A stretch of DNA of 62,201 nt from an uncultured Dehalococcoidia bacterium (GTDB lineage: Bacteria > Chloroflexota > Dehalococcoidia > GIF9 > UBA5629): assembly GCA_903844685.1 (NCBI GenBank), contig CAIMUM010000063.1:1-62201 (forward strand), read 5' to 3'. The translations under genes and the position numbers were made by a program. Each line of letters begins with the position of its first letter. Within the stretch, counting starts at the first letter, position 1. Shown here piece by piece: positions 33,644-43,876 of this stretch. The notes beneath the pieces were generated by a model. That model saw nothing but the letters and a program-made list of their open reading frames with translations, was not told the DNA's origin and did not search any database.

Positions 33644-34531
33644 ATGATAGTCCCGCTAAGGAAAAGCATTAGCGCCCTTAAAAGGGACAGGGAGCACGGC
33701 GCCGGTACCCTGGGACGGCTGGCACTGGAAATCCTCAGGCAGACCGCCGCAGACATCACGGCAGAAACAGCGGAGAGATTCCTGGCGGAGATAAACGAGG
33801 TAGCGGAGGCTTTGATTGATGCCCGCCCGAGCATGGTCTCCATCGCCAATTATGCCCTTTATATAAAGGAGGAGCTTGCCGCGGCTGCTGTAACGGCGAA
33901 ATCGCCGCAGAGGTTAAAGAAAACGGCTTTCAGCATCGCCAGCAGGCTGCTCAAATCCCAGGAAAATTCCACAAACGCTGCCAGCCGCAACGCCGTGAAG
34001 CTGATTACCAAACGTAGCATCATCATGACCTGCAGCTATAGTTCGGCTGTCTGTTCCACCCTCGAAATGGCTATGCGCGGTGGAACTGACTTCAAGGTAC
34101 TGGCCGTCGATTCGCACCATAAAAAAATATCCTACGGCGAAATTACAGCAAGGCGCCTGCAGGCGGCGGGCATATCCTGCAGGGTAGTGCCCGGCGGCCA
34201 GTTGGCCTGGCACGTTGCCAGGGCGGATTATATCCTCTGCGGCGCCGATGCCATATCTCTGCACGGCTGGCTGATCAACGGAGAGCCATCGCTTGAGCTT
34301 GCCCTCGTGGCCGCGCGCAAGGAAAAGCCTTTGCATATCATCTGTGAAACCGCCAAGTGCGACGCCAGGGGCTTGCTGACCGGCCTGCACCAGCCTGAAA
34401 CCGGCTTCGACATGGTACCGCTTGAACTGGTCAGCAGTATTGTTACCGAGCGTGGCATATTGTCGACGGACAAGGTGCTTGAAATCACCTTTGACGATCT
34501 TTTCGGGGGCAAGCATGGCGGAATTGGTTGA
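33644..34531 (+). CDS. eIF-2B alpha/beta/delta-family protein (sugar-phosphate isomerase-like)
   Basis: Family-like pattern: RPSMVSIANYA..IMTCSYSSAV..GADAISLHGWLIN. Confidence 0.55.
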   Translation: MIVPLRKSISALKRDREHGAGTLGRLALEILRQTAADITAETAERFLAEINEVAEALIDARPSMVSIANYALYIKEELAAAAVTAKSPQRLKKTAFSIASRLLKSQENSTNAASRNAVKLITKRSIIMTCSYSSAVCSTLEMAMRGGTDFKVLAVDSHHKKISYGEITARRLQAAGISCRVVPGGQLAWHVARADYILCGADAISLHGWLINGEPSLELALVAARKEKPLHIICETAKCDARGLLTGLHQPETGFDMVPLELVSSIVTERGILSTDKVLEITFDDLFGGKHGGIG

Positions 34532-35279
34532 CACGCATGCCCACCTCGACGAACTGGAGGACCTCTCTGCTGCCGTTGAGCACGCCAAACGGGCCGGCGT
34601 AGCAGCCGTGATCTCCGTGGGGCAGGATTTAGCCTCCAATATCAAGACTTTCAAGCTGGCCTCAGCCTACCCCGGCTTCATTTACCCCGCCATCGGCCTG
34701 CATCCCTGGTCCCTCGGCAATATGAGCCCGCGGGTACTGGAAGAAAATATCGCCTTTATCAGGGACAACCTGGGCAACGCCGTTGCCCTCGGCGAGGTGG
34801 GACTGGACTACGATAAAAGGGTGCTTAAGGGAGCGGGCAAGGAGCAGCAGAAGGATATATTGAGGTGCCTGCTCGAACTGGCCGTGGAATTCGCCAAGCC
34901 GGTTTCCTTCCACAGCCGCTACGCCTGGAAGGACAGCCTGCAAGTAGTTATGGAAAGCGGGGCCAGGCGGCTGGTCTTTCACTGGTACACCGGCTTTTCC
35001 AGCACGCTGTCCGGGCTCATCGCGGGGGGATATTACATCTCAGCCACACCCGCCGCGGAGTACCATGATGAGCACCGCCGCGCCATCCGCGAAGCTCCCA
35101 CAGAAAGGCTGCTGCTGGAAACCGATTGCCCCGTTCATTATGGCAGGGAAGAAAAGTACCGCTCCGAACCCGCCGATATCCTGCGTAGCCTCAAAGCCGC
35201 GGCCGCCATAAAGGGCATCAGCCGGGATGAGATGTCCCGTATCGTGCGGGAAAACACAAACCGGCTGTTCGGTATCTGA
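34515..35279 (+). CDS. tatD: TatD-family metal-dependent hydrolase
   Basis: The start is set at ATG 34515 (MAELVDTHAHLD). Also carries GEVGLDY, SFHSR, HWYTG and LLLETDCP. Confidence 0.85.
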   Translation: MAELVDTHAHLDELEDLSAAVEHAKRAGVAAVISVGQDLASNIKTFKLASAYPGFIYPAIGLHPWSLGNMSPRVLEENIAFIRDNLGNAVALGEVGLDYDKRVLKGAGKEQQKDILRCLLELAVEFAKPVSFHSRYAWKDSLQVVMESGARRLVFHWYTGFSSTLSGLIAGGYYISATPAAEYHDEHRRAIREAPTERLLLETDCPVHYGREEKYRSEPADILRSLKAAAAIKGISRDEMSRIVRENTNRLFGI

Positions 35280-35303
35280 TAAAAGACGCCGCTCACACGG
35301 GAT

Positions 35304-35333
35304 TTGACAGCCGCTCCCACCGGCCAATACAAT
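35304..35333 (+). promoter_or_regulatory. Promoter of the riboswitch-controlled unit
   Basis: TTGACA (35304-35309), an 18-nt spacer, then TACAAT (35328-35333). Confidence 0.55.
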
Positions 35334-35356
35334 ATCCCCACAACTGAATAGTGTGT

Positions 35357-35453
35357 CATGGCGGCCGTGAGCGATTACGGCCTTAATTGGACAGCAATAC
35401 GGTGTAAGTCCGTTACAGCCCTGCCTGCTGTTATAGTCAGAACGCCTGCCATG
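35357..35453 (+). promoter_or_regulatory. Cobalamin (B12) riboswitch aptamer
   Basis: P1 pairs catggc (35357-62) with gccatg (35448-53). The core elements are ggtgtaagtccgt (35401-13), acagccc..gctgt, and a B12-box-like agtcagaacgcctgcc (35435-50). Confidence 0.8.
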
Positions 35454-35500
35454 CAATCAAGCGCCTTCGCAGTGAACGGGGGCAAATATTTTGTTATGTA

Positions 35501-35540
35501 AACCCCCGCTGCCGGAAGGCAGCGGGGGTTTTAAATTTTT
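35501..35540 (+). terminator. Riboswitch expression-platform terminator
   Basis: Stem aacccccgctgcc / ggcagcgggggtt with a ggaa loop, followed by ttaaattttt. It lies 18 nt before the RBS and ATG at 35558. Confidence 0.8.
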
Positions 35541-35557
35541 GGAAAAGGAGGCCTTCA

Positions 35558-36568
35558 ATGAGACGAAGTTTAATCTGGATAGCGGCACTGGCTTTCGCAA
35601 TAGGATGCCTGCTGCTGGCCTGCACACAGCAACCGCCGCCCGCGCAGCCTGCCCCTCAGCCCGCAGGTGCGGCCGGAGAGGTTAAGGAACAACCTGCCCC
35701 GGCTCCCGTAAAAGAATCACAGGAGCCGCCTCCGGTCTTCCCTATCACAGTGATAGACAGCCTGGGAAGGAAAGTGACAATCGAACACCTGCCGCAGCGC
35801 ATCGTATCGCTTGCCCCGAGCAACACGGAGATACTCTTTGCGCTGGGGCTCGACGACCGGATAGCGGGCGTCACGGATTATTGCGACTACCCGGAAAAGG
35901 CCAAACTCAAGCAACATGTAGCCGGCTACATGACCCCTGACCTCGAGAAGCTGGTGATGATAGCTCCCGACCTGGTGCTGGCGGAGTCGATCCATGAGAA
36001 AACCGTGCTGCCCGCCCTGGAAAAAGTCGGCCTGAAGGTGATCGTACTATCATCCCACACTATGGACGAGATAATCAACAATATCACACTGGTGGGGCAG
36101 GTGACGGGCAGCAGCGCGGCTGCTTCCCGGTTAACAGGGCAGTTATCTGCCAGGATAAACACTATTACTTCGAAAACAGCCACGTTGCCCGTTGATAAGC
36201 GTCTGCGTGTAATGTATGTAATCTGGTATGACCCCGTCTGGACGATGGGCGGCAAAACGTACATCGACGACCTGATCACCAAGGCAGGCGGGATAAATAT
36301 ATTTTCCACGGATTTTGAGAAATCCCGCATCGTATCGCCGGAATCTATCGTCAATAAGAACCCTCAGGTGGTGATAGTTACAGGCATGGGCGCAAGCGCC
36401 GATGCCATAGCGGGTAACCTCAAGCAGCAGAACTGGATGCAGTCCACCGAAGCAATTAAAAATAACAGGGTTTATAAACTCAGCGATTCCAACCTGATTG
36501 AACGTCCCGGCCCCCGTATCGTCGATGGACTGGAAGAGGTGGCAAAATTGCTGGCTGCTGTGAACTAA
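35558..36568 (+). CDS. btuF: BtuF/FecB-type periplasmic-binding-protein lipoprotein (probable corrinoid-binding component)
   Basis: The lipobox is LLLAC, followed by a Pro/Ala-rich linker. PBP type-2 pattern: RIVSLAPSNTEILFALGLDDRIAGVTDYCDYP..PDLVL. It sits directly downstream of the B12 riboswitch. Confidence 0.75.
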   Translation: MRRSLIWIAALAFAIGCLLLACTQQPPPAQPAPQPAGAAGEVKEQPAPAPVKESQEPPPVFPITVIDSLGRKVTIEHLPQRIVSLAPSNTEILFALGLDDRIAGVTDYCDYPEKAKLKQHVAGYMTPDLEKLVMIAPDLVLAESIHEKTVLPALEKVGLKVIVLSSHTMDEIINNITLVGQVTGSSAAASRLTGQLSARINTITSKTATLPVDKRLRVMYVIWYDPVWTMGGKTYIDDLITKAGGINIFSTDFEKSRIVSPESIVNKNPQVVIVTGMGASADAIAGNLKQQNWMQSTEAIKNNRVYKLSDSNLIERPGPRIVDGLEEVAKLLAAVN

Positions 36569-36570
36569 AT

Positions 36571-39429
36571 ATGCCCGGGCAGCACCAGGCAGGGACTGTA
36601 TTAAGGGCACTGTCAGCCCTGACAGCGGTATTTATTTTTCTTACCGCCATACCGTCCGCTGCCGCAACGGGCCAGGCGGGCGCAACCGACCTGAAATGGC
36701 ATAAAATCGATACCCCCGGGTGCCTGCCGATAAGGAACGATATCGTCAACCCCAGCGATATCAGACGCTTTGCTGTGGCAGATGACGGCAAGTCCCTGTG
36801 CGCGGTGGACACAGCCAACCGTGACCTCGCCAGCGGCCGGCGAGCCATTTACAGGTCTTCTGATTGCGGCGTTTCCTGGACCGATGCCCCCGGCATGTAT
36901 CTTTTCCAGTCTATGAGTTCAGCAGAAAAAATCAATTTCCGCGCCTGGGATATCGCGGTAGCCCCTGACGATCCGCTGATCATGGCCGCAGTGACCGGTA
37001 ACGCCGCCTCAGATCTGCCCGGAAACGCCTGGTATACGGACAACGGCGGTTTCACCTGGTATGACCTTGGTTGCACCCCAGCCGCCTATATCAGCAGCAT
37101 CGCGATCTCCTGCAATGCGACCAGCAGATTTATTGCTATCGGAACACGGAACGGCGCCGGTGGCGGCAACGTTTTCCTGCGCAACTTGGACAGGATGGGC
37201 TCATGGCAACCACAGCACCCGGGTGGTGATGTACTGGTCATCAGGTTTTCTCCCAATTACAGTGAAGACCTGTCCATAGGCATTGTGTATTCCACCATCA
37301 AGGGAACTTTTTACAACGTCGGCCTTCACGACCCCGCCTTAAACATAATTGACTGGTCTGCGGTTTATGTCAATTCTCCGCTGTGCCTGGGTAGCGGCGG
37401 AGTGTCACCCACTGCTGCTCAAATAATCTCGGCGGACCTATCCTTTCCTTCCGATTATAACGGCCAGGCGCCGGCATTCAACCGTTGCTATATCAGCATC
37501 GACGATGCCGGAATTAGCGGTAAAGGCGGCATATATCGCCTCGATTACAACGTACCTCACCGTATTTTTGAATCCACACCCGCGAAGCGTATCGCCAGCA
37601 TAGCCTATTACGGCACCTATACCAGCGGTAAATTGCTAGCAGGCGAAGTGCTCGGGCAATCCTTCACAGCGACGGTTAATACCTGGTTCACCGACGCGCC
37701 GGTTACATGCCCGAATACCTGCTGGTACAGTGCTTTAAAAAAGGCGACCGGCGCCGCAGGTTCCGATAATTGCTCAGGCAGCGGCAGCGGCAATGCCAGC
37801 GTAGCCTGGCAGGCCGGCGGCGAGGATGCTTACATAGTCACCTGCAGCAGCGCAACCCCGGTCGCGGGTCCCAACTGGCCACTCCCTTTCCGCACCGGCC
37901 GTTCCCTTGATGAATCGGCTTTTTCCGTCAGTCGGGACAATGGCAAGACCTGGAACCAGCTCTCGCTTATAGATACGCAGATAGCAACCTTCACAGACAT
38001 ATTGCCTTCACCTGATAGCTCAACCATATTCCTCGCATCGGTAAACCGTAACACAGGCTGCTGTGGCTTTGACAGCCTGTGGAGAAGCGCCGACCGGCCA
38101 GCTTACTCGCGCTGGGAGAGGGTGTTGTGCGCGCTGACAATAGATTCGTTTTGCACGGAAAACCAGACCGACCTGGCTATTTTGCGCATGCCGGCCGATT
38201 CACCCGGCGGGAATTATATAGCATGGTGCGCGGTTGGCACACGGAACATATTAACCAGCGATAACCGGGGGCAGACCTGGAGGCAGGTCAGACCTAACTG
38301 CTTAGCCTGCGACCTGGCCTGGGAAAGCAGCGACACAATGTACCTGCTCAACCCGGCTGGCATAGTTCAGAAACTCACTTCCAATGGTTCGGCCTGGTCT
38401 TATGGTCCGCTGGTGGTCACCGGATTGGGCTCAGGATACAGTATAACAACAGACCGCACGGCGGCCACACCCGACAACGACGGCGGCCGCATCGTAGTCG
38501 CGGGCACCGGTGAAGGTGATGCGGACGTCGCTTACTCGGTCGACGGGGGGAAGAATTTCAAAATAATTGCCGCGCCGCTGCCGGTACGCGGCAATAGCTT
38601 AGTAATATGCAGTTCCAGCTTTAACAGCGACGGCACGATACTTGCCATTAACCAGGGAGGCATGTTCGCCTGGGGGATATACACGGGAAAGAGTGATTGG
38701 GAAGAATGGTGGGGCGGTGCGGGCTACCCCAGTCCGGTAACATGCATAGCCACAGCCAGGAACTCCAGCCTTTACTTCACCACTCCGGCCACCTGGGGGC
38801 AGGCCATTCCCTACATCCGCTGGTGCTCTGCCACCGCCGGACTGGATCCCGCCGTCTCCTTTGGCGATCCCGCATCCCCAACGACGCGGCTGAGGACCTC
38901 CGGTGGCACTTTCTCCGGCGAGCCCATACTCGTCTGGGCTATAGACCAGCGTGCTTACAACAGCAGCGAAGGCAGCCTATGGTTATATGCAGACACGCTA
39001 TCCTGGAACGGCCCCAGCCTAATCTCGCCCTCCAGCCAGGCCGCTATAAGCTACGATACTGTGACCGGCCGCGCCGGCCAGATAGATTTGCGCTGGAAAC
39101 CCATATCGTTATCCAGGGGCTACGAGATACAAATCGCCGCGGATGCTGATTTTACGCTGCTGATGGCGACCATCGGCGGCGGATACTCCGGCCCGTACTA
39201 CTATCCCAGTGATTACAATGCTCCAGCACTCTTCATCCCGCCCGGCGGGGGCAATGTCACCGATTCAAAGGGCAATTCGTGGAGCGTCCCGGGACTGGAG
39301 GCCGGCCGCGTTTATTACTGGAAGGTGAGCGTCCAGGATGTCCTTACGGGTGACGCGGTAACCAGCCCGCAGTCCTCACGTGAGAGTTTCAGCGTCAGGC
39401 CGGGGTTCCCCGTGAGGTCAAGGTACTAA
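36571..39429 (+). CDS. Secreted 952-aa Asp-box (BNR) beta-propeller protein with a C-terminal FN3-like domain
   Basis: Has a signal peptide. Five Asp-box-like motifs: SSDCGVSW, TDNGGFTW, SRDNGKTW, SDNRGQTW, SVDGGKNF. The C-terminus reads IDLRWKPISLSRGYEIQIA. Its start is 2 nt after the btuF stop. Confidence 0.7.
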   Translation: MPGQHQAGTVLRALSALTAVFIFLTAIPSAAATGQAGATDLKWHKIDTPGCLPIRNDIVNPSDIRRFAVADDGKSLCAVDTANRDLASGRRAIYRSSDCGVSWTDAPGMYLFQSMSSAEKINFRAWDIAVAPDDPLIMAAVTGNAASDLPGNAWYTDNGGFTWYDLGCTPAAYISSIAISCNATSRFIAIGTRNGAGGGNVFLRNLDRMGSWQPQHPGGDVLVIRFSPNYSEDLSIGIVYSTIKGTFYNVGLHDPALNIIDWSAVYVNSPLCLGSGGVSPTAAQIISADLSFPSDYNGQAPAFNRCYISIDDAGISGKGGIYRLDYNVPHRIFESTPAKRIASIAYYGTYTSGKLLAGEVLGQSFTATVNTWFTDAPVTCPNTCWYSALKKATGAAGSDNCSGSGSGNASVAWQAGGEDAYIVTCSSATPVAGPNWPLPFRTGRSLDESAFSVSRDNGKTWNQLSLIDTQIATFTDILPSPDSSTIFLASVNRNTGCCGFDSLWRSADRPAYSRWERVLCALTIDSFCTENQTDLAILRMPADSPGGNYIAWCAVGTRNILTSDNRGQTWRQVRPNCLACDLAWESSDTMYLLNPAGIVQKLTSNGSAWSYGPLVVTGLGSGYSITTDRTAATPDNDGGRIVVAGTGEGDADVAYSVDGGKNFKIIAAPLPVRGNSLVICSSSFNSDGTILAINQGGMFAWGIYTGKSDWEEWWGGAGYPSPVTCIATARNSSLYFTTPATWGQAIPYIRWCSATAGLDPAVSFGDPASPTTRLRTSGGTFSGEPILVWAIDQRAYNSSEGSLWLYADTLSWNGPSLISPSSQAAISYDTVTGRAGQIDLRWKPISLSRGYEIQIAADADFTLLMATIGGGYSGPYYYPSDYNAPALFIPPGGGNVTDSKGNSWSVPGLEAGRVYYWKVSVQDVLTGDAVTSPQSSRESFSVRPGFPVRSRY

Positions 39430-39520
39430 AACCGGCCGGTACTTGAAGGAGCGCAATGACAAAGCAATCTTTCAGCCCCGGAACTTCGCCGGGCCACAAA
39501 TATATAATATAATGTGAAAT

Positions 39521-40240
39521 ATGTGCATCAAATCAATGCAAGAAGACATCCGCGCCGCCATGGAGCGCGACCCGGCGGCGCGCAGCGCCTGGGAGGTTTT
39601 TTTCCTTTACCCCGGGCTTCACGCGCTGTGGTGGCACCGCATCGCCCACTTCTTCTACCGGCACAGATGCTATTTCACGGCGCGCCTGATCTCGCAGGTC
39701 AACCGCTTTTTCACGCAGATAGAGATACACCCGGGTGCCACCATCGGCAGGCGTTTCTTTATCGACCACGGCGCGGGCGTGGTAATAGGCGAAACCTCGG
39801 AGATAGGCGACGACGTGCTGATGTACCAGGGGGTAGTGCTGGGAGGCACCACCCTGGCGAAAAAGAAACGTCATCCCACCATCTGCAACCAGGTGGTCAT
39901 CGGATCGCGCGCTATCATCCTCGGCGCCATCACCATCGGCGAGGGCGCGCGCATCGGCTCAGGTTCAGTGGTGATCAAATCCGTGCCGCCCGGCGCGACC
40001 GTTGTAGGTGTGCCCGGCCGCATCGTCGAAGAGCAGCGCGAGGCCAGGATAGACCTCGACCATAGCCGCCTCCCCGACCCCGTAGCCGAGGCCATCAGGC
40101 TGGTGCTGGCCGAGCAGGACAAGCTCGAGGACCGGATAATAAAGCTGGAAGAATCAGCCGGGCTGACCGCGCCGGAAAACGAGCTTAAACCCCTGGAATC
40201 GAAGGTCAAACAGGAGTTTGACCCCAAATACGATATTTGA
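39521..40240 (+). CDS. cysE: Serine O-acetyltransferase
   Basis: Reads [21 protein letters not shown], then [31 protein letters not shown] hexapeptide repeats. The start is either 39521 or 39536. Confidence 0.9.
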   Translation: MCIKSMQEDIRAAMERDPAARSAWEVFFLYPGLHALWWHRIAHFFYRHRCYFTARLISQVNRFFTQIEIHPGATIGRRFFIDHGAGVVIGETSEIGDDVLMYQGVVLGGTTLAKKKRHPTICNQVVIGSRAIILGAITIGEGARIGSGSVVIKSVPPGATVVGVPGRIVEEQREARIDLDHSRLPDPVAEAIRLVLAEQDKLEDRIIKLEESAGLTAPENELKPLESKVKQEFDPKYDI

Positions 40241-40312
40241 TGGATATTAAAGTGAACTGGTAGCGGTTGCCCCTCGCATCTAAACGGACTAAAATTAGTG
40301 GATTACCCAACT

Positions 40313-41359
40313 ATGAAGGCGATAATTCTTGTCGGCGGCGAGGGCACAAGGCTGCGCCCGCTGACCTATTCAGTAGTTAAACCCATGGTCCCTGTGGCCA
40401 ACAGGCCGTTCATTGAGCACGTCATCCTCAAGCTGGCTGCTCACGGCATAAACGATATCGTGCTGGCCATGGGATACAAGCCCGATTCCATTTTCGCGTA
40501 TTTCAAGGACGGGGCGGGAGCGGGCATCAAGCTCAGCTACAGCCTGGAGGAAAAGCCGCTGGGCACCGCTGGCGCAGTCAAGAATGCCGGCGCGCACGTG
40601 GAAGATACCTTCTTTGTGCTTAACGGCGACACTTTCTCCGATATCGATTACACGTATATGCTGGCCTTTCACAGGCGGAACAGGGCCAAAGCCACCATCG
40701 CCCTGTCCCACGTGGAAGACCCGACGAGGTTCGGTGTGGTCGAGACGAAAGAGGACGGGCGCGTCACAGCGTTCATTGAGAAGCCGGCCCGGGACAAAGT
40801 TACCAGCCACTGGATAAACGCGGGCGTGTATATACTTGAGCCGTCAGTGCTGGACTGCATCCCCGGTAACCAGTTCTTCATGTTTGAGAAAGGCGTCTTC
40901 CCTCCCATGCTGGATAGAGGTGAACGGGTTTTCGCCTACACCAGTAAATCTTATTGGATAGATATGGGCAGGCCGTCGCAATACCACCAGTTGAATTGCG
41001 ATGTGCTGCGCGGCTTATGTTCTTCGCCACTGTATAGGGTTAAGGATATCACTATCGAACAGGGCTGCGCGGTCCACCCCTCTGCACATATAACTGGGCC
41101 GGCTGTTATCAACGGTGGCTGCAACATAGCAGAGGACGCTACAATCACAGGCCCGGCAGTGATCGGCCGCAACTGCCTGATAGGAAAGGGCGCATCTATA
41201 AGTAACTCCGTTCTCTGGGATGATATTATTGTAGGTGCGGGAGCATCGATTACTGGCAGCATTATTGCCAGTGGTGCTAAGATAGAGGAAAGCACGCGCC
41301 TGGAAGACCTGACCATCAACCAGGAAGCACCCTCCGACCCCATAACCAAGAAAATCTAA
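40313..41359 (+). CDS. NDP-sugar pyrophosphorylase (mannose-1-P guanylyl / glucose-1-P nucleotidyl-transferase type) with a C-terminal LbH domain
   Basis: Opens with MKAIILVGGEGTRLRPLT. Also carries GTAGA and hexapeptide-like repeats at the C-terminus. Confidence 0.85.
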   Translation: MKAIILVGGEGTRLRPLTYSVVKPMVPVANRPFIEHVILKLAAHGINDIVLAMGYKPDSIFAYFKDGAGAGIKLSYSLEEKPLGTAGAVKNAGAHVEDTFFVLNGDTFSDIDYTYMLAFHRRNRAKATIALSHVEDPTRFGVVETKEDGRVTAFIEKPARDKVTSHWINAGVYILEPSVLDCIPGNQFFMFEKGVFPPMLDRGERVFAYTSKSYWIDMGRPSQYHQLNCDVLRGLCSSPLYRVKDITIEQGCAVHPSAHITGPAVINGGCNIAEDATITGPAVIGRNCLIGKGASISNSVLWDDIIVGAGASITGSIIASGAKIEESTRLEDLTINQEAPSDPITKKI

Positions 41360-41371
41360 ATTGGAGGCGAA

Positions 41372-41701
41372 ATGGCTGAAAATATAAAAAGTGTAAGCGA
41401 AAATGATTTTAAGGCAATGGTGCTGGACTCACAGCAGCCGGTGCTGGTGGATTTCTGGGCGGTCTGGTGCGGTCCCTGCAGGATGGTCGCACCGATCGTG
41501 GACGAACTGGCCGAACAGTACAAGGATAAAATGGGCTTCGCCAAGGTCAACGTGGACGATGCGCCCAAGATTGCCTCGAGCTACAACGTGATGAGCATCC
41601 CCACACTGATCGTCTTCAAGGGAGGCAAGCCCTTCGAGCAGGTGGTCGGCTATAGGCCGAAGAAAGATATCCAGAAGCTCATCGATAAGGCTTTAGTGTA
41701 A
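41372..41701 (+). CDS. trxA: Thioredoxin
   Basis: Reads VLVDFWAVWCGPCRMVAP; 109 aa. Confidence 0.95.
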   Translation: MAENIKSVSENDFKAMVLDSQQPVLVDFWAVWCGPCRMVAPIVDELAEQYKDKMGFAKVNVDDAPKIASSYNVMSIPTLIVFKGGKPFEQVVGYRPKKDIQKLIDKALV

Positions 41702-41703
41702 TA

Positions 41704-42408
41704 GTGGGCCAATTAAGCGATCTTACTTACTGGACTGCCATCGGCGCCGGTCTGCTCTCTTTTTTCTCGCCCTGCGTACTGCCACTGGTCCCGGCCTACA
41801 TTGCCAACCTGGCAGGAGCGTCGGCTATCGATGACACCCAGAAAAGAAAGATATGGCCGATTTTGCTGCACAGCATCGCGTTCGTGCTGGGGTTTTCCAT
41901 CCTGTTTATCCTGATGGGCGCATCGGCAGGATTGATCGGCTCCGCGATAACAGCTTATGCTGAGACCCTTCGCATCGTATCCGGCGTCGTGGTAATCATT
42001 TTCGGCATATTCCTCATCGCCGCCTACAAAATACCCTGGCTTAATTACGAAAGACGCCTGCACCTGCAGCATGCGCGTAATCCTGGCTATGTTCGATCGA
42101 TGCTGATCGGCGCCGCCTTCTCGGTAGGCTGGACCCCCTGCATCGGGCCCATCCTCGGCTCCATCCTCTTCATAGCTTCGTACACTCAGGAGACCACCAA
42201 GGGAGCACTGCTGCTGGCGGCGTACTCGCTGGGCTTGGGCATACCTTTCCTGCTCATCGGGCTGGCCTGGAGCTACATAATGCCTTTCTGGAAAGGCCTT
42301 AACCGTCACCTGGCGCTTATTTCTATCATAAGCGGTATCCTGCTCATAATAGTCGGCATATTGATGCTCACGGATCAGCTTACCTGGCTGAGCCGTTTTG
42401 CGACCTGA
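41704..42408 (+). CDS. ccdA: CcdA/DsbD-family transmembrane thiol-disulfide electron transporter
   Basis: Six TM helices, with FSPCVLPLVPAY and WTPCIGPILG. Confidence 0.9.
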   Translation: MGQLSDLTYWTAIGAGLLSFFSPCVLPLVPAYIANLAGASAIDDTQKRKIWPILLHSIAFVLGFSILFILMGASAGLIGSAITAYAETLRIVSGVVVIIFGIFLIAAYKIPWLNYERRLHLQHARNPGYVRSMLIGAAFSVGWTPCIGPILGSILFIASYTQETTKGALLLAAYSLGLGIPFLLIGLAWSYIMPFWKGLNRHLALISIISGILLIIVGILMLTDQLTWLSRFAT

Positions 42409-42427
42409 AGCGTTGAATTAGGAGAAT

Positions 42428-42946
42428 ATGATTATGAAATCCTTTACACTCCTCTTACTGGCAACTGCCGTGGCTGTCAGCCTGTTTGCAGGTTGTGGCG
42501 CACCTTTGCAGGCATGCCCGAAGATCGGCGATAAGGCGCCGGATTTCACCCTGCCCGGCCTGGATGGTAAGAGCATCAGCCTGAGTAGCTTCGCCGGCAA
42601 GCCGGTTATCATTAATACCTGGTCTGTAAGTTGCATCGAATGCAAAAAGGAAATGCCCTATTTCAGTGATATCGGCAAGCAATACGGGGTACAGGGACTG
42701 GTTATTTTGTCTGTAAACACTCTGGACAGCACAGGTACAATAAAAGATTTCCTCACCAAGAATGGTTACGACTTTACAACGGTGATAGATTTAAAAAATG
42801 AAATCTATAAGAAATTCTGCTGTCCCAAGAATGCCGACCCGAACACGTTCTTTATCGGCACGGACGGAACTATCAAATCTATCAAAATCGGCGGATTTGC
42901 GACCAAGGATGACCTGGTCACAGAAGTGAAGAAAATCATACAATGA
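42428..42946 (+). CDS. TlpA/ResA-like thiol-disulfide oxidoreductase lipoprotein (CIEC active site)
   Basis: The lipobox is LFAGC. Reads APDFTLPGLDGKSISLSSFAGKPVIINTWSVSCIECKKEMP. The start may instead be ATG 42434. Confidence 0.8.
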   Translation: MIMKSFTLLLLATAVAVSLFAGCGAPLQACPKIGDKAPDFTLPGLDGKSISLSSFAGKPVIINTWSVSCIECKKEMPYFSDIGKQYGVQGLVILSVNTLDSTGTIKDFLTKNGYDFTTVIDLKNEIYKKFCCPKNADPNTFFIGTDGTIKSIKIGGFATKDDLVTEVKKIIQ

Positions 42947-43211
42947 TGCCCGTTAAATAGCCTACTCATCAATTTAACGATTAATAAATTGGATACTTCG
43001 CGACTGGAGTACGCGTATTTCGAAAACTATACAGTATGTCTTGAACACCTTGGTCAAGCATAACAGTCAAACGGTCGCTCAGCATACATACGTGATGCAA
43101 TATCTGGATGTTTCCTTATCATCAAAGAATCGGGGCGACTTTCGTCATATTTCAAAGAACGATTATACTATAGGCTGATTGTTATTTTATTAACCAGGAA
43201 GAACAAACACT

Positions 43212-43796
43212 ATGAAAGATACTAAAATCAACCAATTATTATGGTTACTTATGCCGGTGATTATTATCCTGATATCCGCGGTTGCCATTATCGACCGCGT
43301 CGTGCACGCCAGCCCGGCCATCAGTCAGCCCGCGGTAGTGACCAAGGCTGACACACAGACTGATATAAACATCGGCAATAGAATCGGCTTCACAGCGCCG
43401 GATTTCACCCTGCCTACTGTGGATAAAAGGGAGATCAGCCTGAGCGATTACCGTGGAAAGCCGGTTATCCTGAATTTCTGGGCCACCTGGTGCGGCCCCT
43501 GCCGCTATGAAGTACCTGCTTTTAAGGCCTTCTCTGAAAAATACACAGCAGATGACGTGGTGGTCATCGCGGTCAATACACAGGACGACCCGGACAGCGC
43601 TTTAGGCTATGCCAAAGCAGACGGGCTTAAATTCGTTATACCGGTTGACCCCCGCGGAACCGTTGCGAATATGTACAATGTCAGGGGTCTGCCCACCACT
43701 TTTTTTATAAGCGAAACAGGGATCATCACGTCCATCAAAATCGGCCCGTTTCTCAGTATTGATGAAATGGAGGAGCGGATGGCCTCTTTCAAATAA
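43212..43796 (+). CDS. Membrane-anchored TlpA-like thioredoxin-fold protein (WCGPC)
   Basis: Has an N-terminal TM helix. Reads APDFTLPTVDKREISLSDYRGKPVILNFWATWCGPCRYEVP. Confidence 0.85.
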   Translation: MKDTKINQLLWLLMPVIIILISAVAIIDRVVHASPAISQPAVVTKADTQTDINIGNRIGFTAPDFTLPTVDKREISLSDYRGKPVILNFWATWCGPCRYEVPAFKAFSEKYTADDVVVIAVNTQDDPDSALGYAKADGLKFVIPVDPRGTVANMYNVRGLPTTFFISETGIITSIKIGPFLSIDEMEERMASFK

Positions 43797-43876
43797 ACCT
43801 GATATATTTGACAAATTCGGTTATAATAATTCAAATATATTATGCACATTCAGCCGGTTGAACTTGTTAACACGAT

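Noticed and set aside
33914-34654. 246-aa minus-strand ORF
   Set aside because: It is antisense to the eIF-2B-family and TatD genes, with no motifs and no RBS.
39514-40065. 183-aa Arg/Pro/His-rich ORF in an alternative frame over cysE
   Set aside because: It is an out-of-frame shadow of a textbook serine acetyltransferase, with extreme Arg/Pro/Gly composition.
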